A DNA stretch of 64,000 nucleotides from Ylistrum balloti (taxonomy: Eukaryota), in assembly GCF_031769215.1 (NCBI RefSeq), contig NW_026782088.1, forward strand, positions 1 to 64,000, written 5' to 3'. Below the pieces are notes generated by a model. It worked only from the letters and a program-made list of their open reading frames with translations, made no database searches and was not told where the DNA came from. Below are positions 41,401 through 52,720 of this stretch, one piece after another (position 1 is the stretch's first letter; each line of letters starts with the position of its first letter). A program made the translations under genes and the position numbers.

Positions 41401-44400
41401 GACAACACAGTGTGTCTTAAGATTTTGATTGAATATCATTTGACTTACTGATCATTCCTCAGCTTTTGACAGATTTAATCTTGGTTTGAAAGATAATAGG
41501 CTGTCTCACTGGCATATCATTCTATCATATGATTGCTTTGTTGTTTAGTAAATATACTCATGTGATATTTTTACATCTTACATACGTAATATAGCTTATT
41601 GTGACGTCATCTTAGATAATGGGAAAACACGCAGCTGTGTGGCGTAACAATGATGAACATAGATATTGAGCAGACATGACTTTGTTTGACATATAAATGT
41701 CAGTTTCTGCCATATTTGCCATTTTATTGCTCATTTACTTAAAAGGAAATTAAATTTGTTTCCATTTCATATGTGATTTATGAAACTAATCACAAATCTC
41801 TCATTTGAGCTTGTCTAAAAAATAAAAAACAAATTTACCTATCAGCCTGAAACTTATGTAATACAGGACCTGGTGTATATTATCATATGTTTGTTTGGAC
41901 TAATTTACTTGCAAGTTGCATTTGAAAGTACAACATTAATCTCACATATATGTTATTAGTAGTTTAGATCATATCTAACATTCCAATTTTTTTTTTTTTT
42001 GTTTGATTTAGATATACAAGATGAGAACATTAACGGTAATAGTTTAACACTGCGGCCATACCTCAGTTGGTTTACTCATCTCGCATGCTACCTCACAGCC
42101 CTAATTCTGTACTAAAACTGCTTTCTTTAAAAATAGGTTATTACATACATTTTATGTGAATTTGTTTATTTTGATCTTTTAATAATGAATAAGAACCCTT
42201 ATTAACATTGTTTAAAATCCCATCACCATAATAGTATACGTTTATCTGTAACAAGTTTCACTGCTGCTAACATTATACAGAACTACTAGTAGGAAAAAAG
42301 AGGAAGTAAATAGGCTGATAGGATACATATACAGTGTTCAATTTCTGATAGAGGTAATCACCAATCACAAACATCTATCAGATATTTACCGTAGGTTCTG
42401 AAATGTTAAAAAAATGCTCATCACTACCATTTATCATTTAATCCGATGTTTGCCTGAAGTGCTGTGTCACTTCCTTCTGTACCAATAAACAAGTATTGAA
42501 GTTGAGAGTCATTGTTTCAGGTCATAGCCATCTGATATATTAACAATATTTACAATCTTGTAAATTCAGAAAAAAATTGATTAGCAAATCTATCAAAATT
42601 TGCATGTATACTGAAGACATGTTTTATAATAACATAGAAGAGCTTTTGTCAGAGGTCAGTAAAAAGTACTGGTAGAGATTTATCAAGATCCAGTATACTT
42701 TTGGTTCATTATTTCATTTTTGCAGTGCCCTTGTCAACATGTTTTTATCAGATTTTAATAATAAAGGCCCTTTTCTGTGTATCCTAAACCCTTTCTATCC
42801 CCTGGAATCATACAACTTGGTCCTACAACAATGCATGATGACTCCCATCCTGGTTAATGGCTCATTCCGTTTTGATACCCGGGTTTGTAGAAACTGGTTC
42901 TTAATTCTTAAAAATGAGATAGGGATTGAATAATTAAACAAAGAATGATTATCTCTAGGAATATAGTTTAGTGGTTATGTTGACCTAACACAATTTCTGT
43001 TTTTAGAACTTGGAAGTTGAGTGTATTCCACTCTATTGTATTACAAGTGAATCATAGAAACAAGAAATCTGTTTCACTTACAAAGTTTTATTGAAAACAT
43101 ATCCAAACTTCTACCATCTTCCCTTTCATCTTTTGCCTTATAATTCATTACACCTGTTGGCGTTATGGTTATAGAGGAACGACTTTCTCAAGATAACAGA
43201 GAGATAGAGAGGAGGAAAGAGAAGAGAAAATTACACAGAAGTACGAGTGATGTCACAGATAGCCGGTCTGTTAGACCACAGAAAGCTTCAGGTACTAAGT
43301 CCTCTAAACTATCAATGATTCTGAATGATATCTCTCCCTGTAAATTTTGACAGGTTTAAATGTATCACTCCCTGTAAACTTTGATAAGTTTAAATTTATC
43401 ACTCCCTGTAAACTGTGCCAGGTTTGCATGTATCATTACCTGTATACTATGACAGGTTTACATGTATCACTTCCTGTAAACTTTGATCGGTTTAGATGTA
43501 TCACTCCCTGTAAATCTTGACAGGTTTACATGTATCACTTCCTGTAAATTTTGACAGGTTTAGATGTATCACTCCCTGTAAACTTTGATAGGTTTAAATG
43601 TATCACTCCCTGTAAACTTTGATAGGTTTACATGTATCACTCCCTGTATACTATGACAGATTTACAGGTATCACTCCCTGTAAATCTTGACAGGTTTACA
43701 TGTATCACTCCCTGTAAACTTTGATCGGTTTAAATGTGTCACTCACTGTAAACTTTGATAGGTGTAAATGTATCACTCACTGTAAACTTTGATAGGTTTA
43801 CATGTATCACTCCCTGTGAACTTTGATAGGTTTACATGTATCACTCCCTATAAACTTTGATCGGTTTAAATGTATCACTCCCTGTAAATCTTGACAGGTT
43901 TACATATATCACTCCCTGTAAATCTTGACAGGTTTAAATGTATCACTCCCTGTAAACTTTGATAGGTTTACATGTATCACTCCCTGTAAACTTTGATAGG
44001 TTTACATGTATCACTCCCTGTAAACTTTGATAGGTTTAAATGTATTACTCCCTGTAAATCTTGACAGGTTTACATGTATCACTCCCTGTAAACTTTGATC
44101 AGTTTGAATGTATCACTCCCTGTAAATCTTGACAGGTTTACATGTATCACTTCCTGTAAATCTTGACAGGTTTAAATGTATCACTCCCTGTAAACTTTGT
44201 AAACTGTGCCAGGTTTGCATGTATCATTACCTGTATTTGACAGATTTAATGTATCACTCCCTGTAAACAGGTTTACATGTATCACTCCCTGTAAAATTTG
44301 ATAGGTTTAAATGTATCACTCACTGTAAACTTTGATAGGTTTAAATGTATCACTCTGTAAACTTTGATAGGTTTACATGTAAACTTTGATAGGTTTACAT

Positions 44401-45995
44401 GTATCACTCCCTGTAAATCTTGATAGGTTTAAATGTATTACTCACTGTAAACTTTGATAGGTTTACATGTATCACTCCCTGTAAACTTTGATAGGTTTAC
44501 ATGTATCACTCCCTGTAAACTTTGATAGGTTTACATGTATCACTCCCTGTAAACTTTGATAGGTTTAAATGTATCACTCACTGTAAACTGTGCCAGGTTT
44601 GCATGTATCATTACCTGTATACTATGACAGATTTACATGTATCACTCCCTGTAAATCTTGACAGGTTTACATGTATCACTCCCTGTAAACTTTGATCGGT
44701 TTAAATGTATCACTCACTGTAAACTTTGATAGGTTTACATGTATAACTTTGATAGGTTTACATGTATCACTCCCTATAAACTTTGACCGTTTAAATGTAT
44801 CACTCCCTGTAAACTTTGATAGGTTTACATGTATCACTCCCTGTAAACTTTGATAGGTTTACATGTATCACTCCCTGTAAACTTTGATAGGTTTACATGT
44901 ATCACTCCCTGTAAATCTTGACAGGTTTACATGTATCACTCCCTGTAAACTATTTGATAGATGTCTTAAACATTCTTTGTCATCAGGTCTTTCGAAGTTA
45001 GAGGAAGAGGAGGAAGAAGAACAGATCTCATATACAGAAGAAGTCTATTATACAGAAAGCTACTATAGTCCAAAGGATGTAAGTGTTATTCAGTGTCAAG
45101 GCCAAAAACACACTTACCTCATCTCTCCTATACACACACACAGTACAGGAGTTTTTGTACTAACTGCTTTGTGTGTCTGTCCATTGTAAAAAGTTCTGTG
45201 AGAGTAATCTCGTCAACTTTTCAACTTAATTGTTTCAGTTGAATTATCTTGACCAAGTATAAAGGTCTCTAGTCGTGATACTATAATATAAAGTAATGAT
45301 AATTTTAGAGTTATTGTTTTACACTAACATAGTAATAACTCAATACAAAGAAAATGTGATCCAATATTCAGCTAATTGTTGGCAGTCTTTCAGGGATGAA
45401 TTCCTAATGGAACTCATAGTCCAGTTCCTAAACCGTTATCAAAGTTAACGGTATGACCAGACAATCAACATCTGTCACAAGTTGTTAATTATAGATCCTG
45501 CTGAACTTTCTGACAGATGTTGTCTGGTCATATCTACCATTAACATTCTCAAGTTAGGTAAAGATAAATTTTAGATTTTTCTTGTGTGAATGATATACAG
45601 AAATGAGATTGAAAAATATAGGAGATAAGATGAGAACCACACATGGAATAAAGACAGATATAGCAGTAGTGTAATAGAATCACACCTAATCACAATTCAC
45701 TTGACATTACTTCATTTTCTTTGTTTAATACATTATGGATACTTTACAGTGATAATGAAAATGGAACACTTTTTTATGGGCAACATAAGTTGAACATTAC
45801 AAAGTGTGGTTTGGACTAGCCGTCTTTCTGCTTTTTGTGTGTGACACGTGTTCTATGTTTGGTAAGCTTGTTTAGATAAAGGAATACTAGACATGCTTAG
45901 TTTGGGCTTTATTGTTATTGTTTCAGCACAAGAATGATCCATATGGAACGCTACCTCGCACTCGAGCTAGAACAAGAGCAAAGCTTCATCAGTGA
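29412..45995 (+). CDS. REEP: REEP1-4 subfamily ER-shaping protein (TB2/DP1/HVA22 domain), about 278 aa: join(29412..29446,39183..39255,39668..39744,40101..40221,40519..40632,41102..41216,42012..42035,43175..43291,44987..45078,45927..45995)
   Basis: The spliced ORF reads (M)[48 protein letters not shown]...LPFYYEIK...[15 protein letters not shown]...EIDEYI.... All introns are GT-AG and phases are consistent. From the second ATG, the first five exons are 32/73/77/121/114 nt (cumulative 32,105,182,303,417), the exon sizes recalled for human REEP1. Confidence 0.93.
29422..29431 (-). promoter_or_regulatory. YY1-type consensus site (AAAATGGCGG on minus) inside REEP coding exon 1
   Basis: CCGCCATTTT on the plus strand is an exact match to the CCGCCATNTT YY1/Pho consensus. 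Confidence 0.4.
30464..32109. mobile_element. Possible old TA-flanked MITE (Tc1/mariner-like ends) hosting the younger Kolobok-type insertion
   Basis: Left end TA|TAGTCAAACTTCAGT; right end reverse-complemented TA|TAATCAAACTTTGAT. Both have an internal AAAAAACTT motif, and some differences fit CpG decay of a CAGTCAAACTTCGAT consensus. Confidence 0.3.
30635..31321. mobile_element. Non-autonomous Kolobok-type DNA transposon (MITE), 687 bp
   Basis: Perfect inverted repeat TTAAAGCCCCAATATACGTAA at 30631-30651 and its complement at 31305-31325. This parses as a TTAA target duplication plus 17-bp TIRs starting AG, the RR termini typical of Kolobok rather than the CCC of piggyBac. CpG-rich interior, no ORF. 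Confidence 0.8.
35171..35200 (+). mobile_element. Possible CORE-type SINE fragment
   Basis: TGATGTCTTCAAGCAGGAGATCTTACTCC aligns by eye with the minus-strand motif near 25705-25735. Confidence 0.2.
36688..37132. repeat. Near-perfect minisatellite, 49-bp unit (GAGCTCATTCTTGGGGACATGTGTAATGGTCCCTGTTAGCTACAATCCT), about 9 copies
   Basis: 49-bp period verified at 36900/36949. Central units are almost identical; both terminal units share a TTACAATTACAA variant. Confidence 0.95.
37450..38300 (-). mobile_element. Possible degenerate LINE (CR1/L2-like) ORF2 3' fragment
   Basis: A minus-strand frame open for about 80 codons contains [19 protein letters not shown], reminiscent of the MFYKIxN motif downstream of LINE reverse transcriptase domains. 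The flanks are broken by stops and frameshifts. Confidence 0.3.
38335..38484. repeat. Four-copy tandem repeat (41-45-bp spacing) with core TAGGTCAAACAAACATGGA
   Basis: Core starts at 38339, 38384, 38425 and 38466. Confidence 0.9.
39183..39255 (+). CDS. REEP: REEP exon 2 ([24 protein letters not shown])
   Basis: TTTGTAG acceptor, GTGAGT donor, 73 nt; hallmark [10 protein letters not shown] motif. Confidence 0.95.
39274..39540. repeat. Degenerate tandem repeat, 65-67-bp unit, about 4 copies
   Basis: ATTACTCAAAA...TAGATTGTAA...AGATAAAAA recurs at 39274, 39341 and 39406. Confidence 0.75.
39668..39744 (+). CDS. REEP: REEP exon 3 ([26 protein letters not shown])
   Basis: TTTTCAG acceptor, GTATGT donor, 77 nt; hallmark KWMMYWIVF motif. 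Confidence 0.95.
40101..40221 (+). CDS. REEP: REEP exon 4 ([40 protein letters not shown])
   Basis: TTTTTTTCAG acceptor, GTAAGA donor, 121 nt. Confidence 0.95.
40228..40391. repeat. Tandem duplication, 80-bp unit, 2 copies
   Basis: ATTTC(C/T)GTACACTCAT...ATGTCTCACAGCTACAC...GGTAGATGACATTA at 40228 and 40308. Confidence 0.85.
40519..40632 (+). CDS. REEP: REEP exon 5 ([38 protein letters not shown])
   Basis: TTTTTCAG acceptor, GTAGGT donor, 114 nt; encodes the amphipathic helix region. Confidence 0.95.
40662..40800. repeat. Tandem repeat, about 41-bp unit (TACAGGTAGATGGTCATGAAATGTCAAGACCAAAACATTTA), about 3.5 copies
   Basis: Units start at 40662, 40698, 40740 and 40781. Confidence 0.8.
41102..41216 (+). 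CDS. REEP: REEP exon 6 ([38 protein letters not shown])
   Basis: Long pyrimidine tract then AAG acceptor; G|GTGAGT donor. [10 protein letters not shown] corresponds to vertebrate RSFSMQDL. Confidence 0.9.
42012..42035 (+). CDS. REEP: Candidate 24-nt REEP microexon (D-IQDENIN), symmetric phase 1-1
   Basis: Branch point CTAAC at 41975-41979, a long T run, TTTAG acceptor and G|GTAATA donor; frame-preserving with no stop. Confidence 0.65.
43175..43291 (+). CDS. REEP: REEP exon ([39 protein letters not shown]), phase 1-1
   Basis: TTATAG acceptor, G|GTACTA donor (weaker), purine-rich coding composition, in frame with both neighbours. Confidence 0.75.
43328..44960. repeat. Satellite array, 34-bp unit (TCACTCCCTGTAAACTTTGATAGGTTTACATGTA), about 48 copies, filling a REEP intron
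   Basis: 34-bp period verified at 44461/44495; occupies nearly all of intron 43292-44986. Confidence 0.97.
44987..45078 (+). CDS. REEP: REEP acidic exon ([31 protein letters not shown])
   Basis: TTCTTTGTCATCAG acceptor, GAT|GTAAGT donor, phase 1 to 0. Confidence 0.85.
45927..45995 (+). CDS. REEP: REEP terminal coding exon ([22 protein letters not shown])
   Basis: TTGTTTCAG acceptor, phase 0, Arg-rich tail, TGA stop; an AATAAA follows at 46215. Confidence 0.8.
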   Translation, partial: HKNDPYGTLPRTRARTRAKLHQ

Positions 45996-48900
45996 TTACA
46001 ACGCTTCCAGAAAACACTGTACTGAAACTATCAGGGACAACTGTCCCTACAGAACAGTAACCCGAAATAGCTGTAAACAGCAACAATAATAACATATTAT
46101 TTATATCTCTGTCGATGATGTTTCATCAATAGCTTTAACTACATTACATTTGATATGAGTGTATGAATATAATGCAATTTCTCACATAAAAATTATATTG
46201 AAATTCAAACCACAAATAAAAGAATGGCATTTTTATCCTCATACATAAAGAAACAGATAGAAGAACTTTTTGCCGTCTGCCTGAAACTTTATATATATAT
46301 TTTAAGGGTACATTATGTGAAGACCAAGCAAAATATAATGATGGCTGCAGTAAAACATAGCAACATTGTGATATGATGTGATATAGAATGAATTAAAAAA
46401 AAAAGAAGTACATGTAAACATGGCCCTGATACAAACATTTTTCTGATGTCAATACCAAGTACTGAAAATGATGTCATATATAGGGATTGTGCTTCTGTCA
46501 TGCCTATGGTTAGACCACTCCACAGCATATCACCCGTCAGCCATTCATACCTATGTACTGCTCAATGTTATAGAGGAATTCCAAGCAAAGCCTCAGGATC
46601 ATAGACTTCAGTCCAAACTCCAAAAAATTGAAAATTTAAATGTTTTTAATGCTCAAGTCCAGAGTCACAATCTACATGAAAGTTAAATCACTTTCTTATG
46701 GAAAAAGAACACAAAATTTTAACATGTTTAGATTCAGACTGAAGTCTTAATGTATTAATGCTCAAAAGCTAATACACTGGTAACAGGATTTGTGTATAAA
46801 GGCCTTGCATTAAGGTTGCCAAGGTGATGGAGCATATTTTGTACTGGACCAGGATGACTGTTGTGTTGTTGACGTGGTAATATAATTACTGTTGATGGAA
46901 GTTTTTGTGAGGTTCTGTTTTTGTGGTATTTTTCGTAACTGTCAATTTTGCATGAAAACTAACCTTAACAAAAATGAATTGTTATTTCGTACTGCTCCAG
47001 ATCTAAGCTTTTTTTTCACTGATTATATGTTAAAATTCAGCTTGACTGAATGTTTGTGATCTAAGACACTTTTACATTTACAGTTTGTAAAAGCATAATA
47101 TCATGTAAACACATTACCAAAAAGATTGTATATATCATCATTTTCTAACACAAATATCTAAATATCTCACAATTTCTTTAAAGATGTGATTTTTAAGAGA
47201 GCAAGTGATGTTTATGAAGTGTTTTTGCAGGGTGCTCCTAAACAAAGTGGAAGAAAGAAACATCAAAATTTCCTTAAGACACAGGAAGCAAAAACCTGAA
47301 TGACCAATTACAACACTAATGTTAACCTGGATTTATGATGGGATATATCTACCACTGTATACTGATCATCTTATAAATTGAATATTACACCTGAGGAGCT
47401 GTCATTTCTCAAATATACCTGTAATTGCTGATCAGACTGATGGTTTGTTGGTATAGAGCAGTTCTCAGTTTTGTTTTATGCATTCCTATAAGGGTATGAA
47501 TGTGACAAAATATGGTGTGGATACCGTAAACAAATTTATGGTGACTGTAATCAGTTTTCTATACTTCATGTGGTTGTAGTAGACTAAAAGAAAAGGAAAT
47601 TGTATCAATTTTGATTTCGCTATAAACAGGTATCTTTTCTGTATTAATATGATACAGGTAAGGACTTATTAAAATTGATTTGTTTACATTTTAAACCAGA
47701 AGAACATGACAATATAGAGGACTCAGTGTAATTTTAATATTGTAGGTAAAAGGTTCTTATTTACACGAGAGAAACATTTTAATAGTTATACTTTCCACAT
47801 GTAATGCAAGACAATAGGATGTAATTATCTCCCTTTGTTCCTCAAAAAGTTTGGTAGATGATAGATAGTATGTGGAAGTCCTTTGTGAATATGAGAGTTT
47901 ATGTATTTTCTATGTGTATGAATGTTTCAAATTTGGTTCATAGGAGTTAATAATGGTTGATCTCTCTTTTTTTTCTTTTCCTTTTTCTTCATTTTTTGGT
48001 TTTTAAATTTGACAATATATTACCTGACAAAACATGTTACCTAAACATTTTTTCTATACTACTTTTTTTAAAACTATTTTGCTGGTTCATCATAGTATGT
48101 TGATAATTTCTTCAATATTTTCACAAATTTAGTATCAAATACACTACAGATGACATAGATTTAATGTTTTGAGGATGGAAAACCCATTGAAACCTTTTTT
48201 CCCGTTTTCACTTGCCTAATATGTTATAAGATGACTTCAAATGTAGCAAACAATGCAGTATTTATAAAAATATATATATAATGAGATTTTTACCTACTTT
48301 GCTGATCATTTTTGTACAGTATAGTGTATAGAATGATATTGAAATGAGTTTGTTAATCATCTGTTGATTTTCCTCTGTAAATGATTTCATTCTTCTAATA
48401 ACATATCTCTATGGAATCTATTTTCTGCATATAGATATTTGTAAATCTGATTTGGTTGTTAACATTTTATATTTTGCCTTATATGCTTACTAATGAGCTG
48501 GATATTTTTAAAAAAAAACCAAATTGTTTGTGATGCATAAGTATAATTTTAATCCTCCTCATTTATTCTGGCACCTTGTACAGTCTAGAAATAAGTTGGT
48601 GATCTATAAGTGAGAGTGTAGGTAGGTGCTATTGTTGTAAGGTACATTTTAAATTATTATTTCTGTATTGTTGTGGGTCCATTAACGATGTGATCACATG
48701 AGTCTTCTTCCCAACACAGGATATTAAATACCATAAATGTGTGTTTTTTCAACATAAACAGTCTCATTAGCATCCTAGTCATTGAAATTATCTTTATTAA
48801 ATATAATACCAAAATTGAAAGTTAATACTGTATTTTTAAATGTAAAAGATACTAAACTTTATACACATGCCATAGAAGTTTAATTCTGTAGGTTTAGTTT

Positions 48901-51884
48901 AAACCAGTGATGAAAAAAGAAGGCATCATATTTTCCAAGTTAAATTACTAAACATGTACATGTATATGATACCATCATTAGTATTTAATTGGACTAAGTA
49001 AGTACCAACAATTCATGACCATACTGACCATGTTTAGTCCTCACTTCTTTTTTTTTTGCTATGTGTTTTTGATTATTTGCTCAATATAATCTTGTATTTT
49101 ATTTTGCACATTTGTTTTTTGACAATAATCTTTATATAAACAAACACCTTCTATAATCACTTAAACACATGGGAAGGGAGCATTTTTCTGGTATTCTCTC
49201 TATGATAGGCTTATTCTGTTATATTATACATAGATTAAGGAAATAATTCAGGAAATGTACGTATTACATAATTTAAAGAGGAGGCTTCCATTACATTTAG
49301 CATGCATTTTTTTAATGTTCTTTTTTGTTTTTGTGTTTTTGTTTTTTTTTTCCTTTTTGATTTCAATGATTTTCCCCATATGACACGTGTTTAAGGTTTT
49401 AGTTTCCCTATCACAAAACACATTCCAGCAGCTTGAACGACTCTATATCTGTCCTTATACAATCATGCATTGTTCTCACCACATTTGCTTCTATAACTGA
49501 CTGAATCTCAGGACATGTTTATCACTCTTAATTTTGTTGACATTCACTGTTAGAAATGGAAATTTAAATTTAGTGTGCTGTGTACAGATGTGATCATTGA
49601 AATTAGCAATTTCTAATGTTTTCCTTAATGAATTGTTGTTCTTATTTTGAATACCTATCTTGTACGTTATACTTTAAAACCTTAAACATCATCATAATGT
49701 CTTTATTTCAAATAACATAATTTTGCTATAAACTTTTTAAAAAATCTCTAAAACTGGTACATCAGGAGAGATACTTTTTGGTTTAGTTTATGTTGACTAA
49801 AAGTCACTTGTGTTCGGAAGTGTGAGATAATCAAAAGATTTTATTTAATGATGTTGGAAACAAGACCTTCATTTCGCTGAGACTGTCTCTATTATCTCCA
49901 CATGATTGAGGCTGTTCTGAAAAAACAAGTTAAGGGATACATTTTATCTTCTGTCCTTTGTTTTCTCTGAAAGTAATTTTATAGTGACTCTGGCGTGGAT
50001 ATACAAGTATTATGAAAGTCAGCATGAACTAGTCTAGAGAAGTGAACGCTAAATGTATGTTGTAATATATAGCATTAACAAAGCTCCAATACAGCCATAT
50101 TCTCAACAGTGTTTTTCTTTTTCTTCGTAGTATGTTTTCAAAAGAGAAAACGATGTTATAAAAGATAAATATTGTTGGTGAAGCATGTGTTGCCTATATA
50201 TACTGAGATTGTTTATTTTTTGTAAGGGATGTTGCATAATGAAGTAAAAGTGTGGTCTTTCATTGCCATTGTTATTTGCCAATGCTGTGTCTTCCATCTT
50301 GTGTATGAAGTTAAGGCCGTTGTGCTAGTATAGGGTAGTTTTGTACAGGTCTGGCAATAAGGTGTAAACTTAAATCTTTGTCAAAGGAGTTGCTTCCCTT
50401 CAAATATATTCAAGAAAAATTGTGAAAAAAAAACACTTTTTTCTGATTTTATGAGTAATGATAGCAAATATAGTGATGACCTTTGACATTTTAAAACATT
50501 GTTACTGACTTTGATCAGGATTATTATTAATTGTTCAAGTTTTATAAGATTTAATTGAAATACTATAAGTATACTTATCAAAGTTGTACTGATTTGCTTT
50601 AGTATGTATGCACAGGGAAACATCTGTCTTATTCCGTTAAATAGGGAGATGTAACATTATCCCGTTTCTGGTACATGGTTGTAAATCTTACTGTGCTGAC
50701 ATAAATATGCTTATTGTATCTTGTTCATATTGGATAAGTAGTTACCCAGTGTTTATATACCTGTAATACATGAAATGGAAGCACTGTTGTATTAGAATCA
50801 GTTGTTTTCATTTCACTGTAAATTGTTGTAAGCTTACAGAGGACCAGAGTATAGTGATATGGGGATCAGTGTAAACATAACTTTGGTGTATTTTGGATCC
50901 TCACAGGGTAGTTTCTGGTATAGCATATCAGAAACCAGCATATCACAAGTCTAGAGATGGGAATGGAAAGAAAAATGTGAACTGAAGTCACAATTTTTTT
51001 GAACAGGTTGTGTGTTTTGGTTTTTAATATTCAACTCTTGATCATTTAGCTTTAAAGGTAGAAGATCATTAGAACAAAGACATATCAGCATTTCTTATAA
51101 AAACATTTCTTCGTGTCAACTTCTGATACAGAAAAACCATAGCATTCCCCTCCCCCAACTCAAAATCATTGTCTTTGCAAAATTTGAAGCCTGTCAAGTT
51201 GCAATAATTTTTGTTGGTTTCCACCCCCCTTTAAATCAACTTCTTTTGTATCACATTTAACAATTTTTCTATATTCCTTGCTGTGATAAAACCTTTTCAC
51301 ACAGAAGATAACCCCATGGACTAGTGTTGTGACCTGCAGTTGACCCTTGACCTTTGTGATATGTACATATTGAAGGACTTGTATGATCAAGTGCCTGTTT
51401 TTATAATGCAATGTTTCAGAAGTCTAGTTATAAGTGTCAGGAGATCTCAAGAGACCTGGGAGCACCCCCAGTTTAAATACTGCATGCAGATATTTCTGAT
51501 GAAGCCAGGATTGTATCATGTACCCACATCAAGAACAGTGAACATCTAGCTTAATTACTTACCAATATACTTAATCATAATGCATCAAGCTTATTACTCT
51601 CATCTCCTAAGAAAAAGAATAAAAATATTAAAGAAATAACTATTACATGTCTACATTGGATTGATGTGTTAAATTTGCCTGGCACATTCATTTTTTATTA
51701 TTTCTTGGTATTGGGTTGAACAGGAGTGACACACTAAGCATACATTGTAATCAGCACCATGCTTTTAAGCTATATAACTCTGTTGAATATAATTGTACGG
51801 GTGCTTGAGGGATTCATTTTCTATAAATATTAGTGAAATAAATGCAACAATCTTGTTTTAAAACTGTCTTGTTCTTGTTTTCTT

Positions 51885-52720
51885 TTAGCTGACATTTACA
51901 GATGATAGATTATTAAAATCACCCTGCATCTGGAGACACTCATCTGTTAGTCATTAGTCCTTAAACATTTATTATTATGGTTATTTCTTGAGAAGTACTG
52001 GATGCATCTTATTAAAATTGGGACTGACTGAAGGCAATCTCAGATTTTGATTTTGATGGATTGTTTACAGCATTTTTTGAGAGTTACTAAATCAATCTTC
52101 CTTAAATTGGGTTCCTCTTTGTCCTTATCATTGCCTTTTCCATTCTGAGACCGAGTAGATGTACAAGATGGCTAAAAGGTGGCCATCTTGGATTTTTATT
52201 GTGGTTACCCATTGGTCACTAGTTATGCTCAAAATGACTGGCAAGTGACAGTATCAGGTTTCAACAATAAATGTTTATTATCGCCATTTCTAAACAAATA
52301 CTGGATCAATCTTTCTCAAATTCTCTCAAATTCATAGTGGTTCCAAGTTGTTCCCTTTTCATTTTTTATCGATCAGGAAAAAAACTAAATGGCTGCTGGA
52401 CAGCCATCTTGGAATCTGATTACCTAAGATTATTATGGCTAGTTTTGAAGAATGAATCATTAAAAAAATATTACATTGAGCTCTCCTACACTCCCATATT
52501 GTGCCTATTTATATTGAGACTGATCAGAAAAGCAAAAGAACCAACAGGTGGCCATGTATAATTCCAACCATTGAAAACTGTTAATGCTATTTCTTGAGAA
52601 GAAGTCTTAAGGATCTTGGTCCTCCGCGTTTTGTATCATGGGACTGATGGAAAACCGGCTGATAGGTGACGTTCTTGGATTTTTGACAGGTACCTTCAAG
52701 ATGCATCATTCAAAAAATTG
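51885..52720. mobile_element. Decayed dispersed repeat, possibly a Helentron/HINE-like family of the kind common in bivalves
   Basis: Recurring GGCCATCTTGGA/AGCCATCTTGGA/GGTGGCCAT and TTCTTGAGAAG motifs. TGACCTT-rich relics nearby (about 51320-51360 and 53615-54000). Family assignment is from memory only. Confidence 0.3.

Noticed and set aside
39575-41700. Intronic C/D-box snoRNA candidates (ATGATGA motifs near 39580, 41000 and 41650)
   Set aside because: No suitably spaced CTGA D box with a terminal stem was found.
45394-45450. Selenocysteine or readthrough decoding of the in-frame TGA in the hidden REEP exon
   Set aside because: The frame is open after the TGA, but I could not identify a SECIS element and REEPs are not known selenoproteins. 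A stop or poison interpretation is simpler.
51046-51235. Second possible TTAAAGG...CCTTTAA Kolobok-type element
   Set aside because: Inverted similarity does not extend convincingly beyond about 7 bp.
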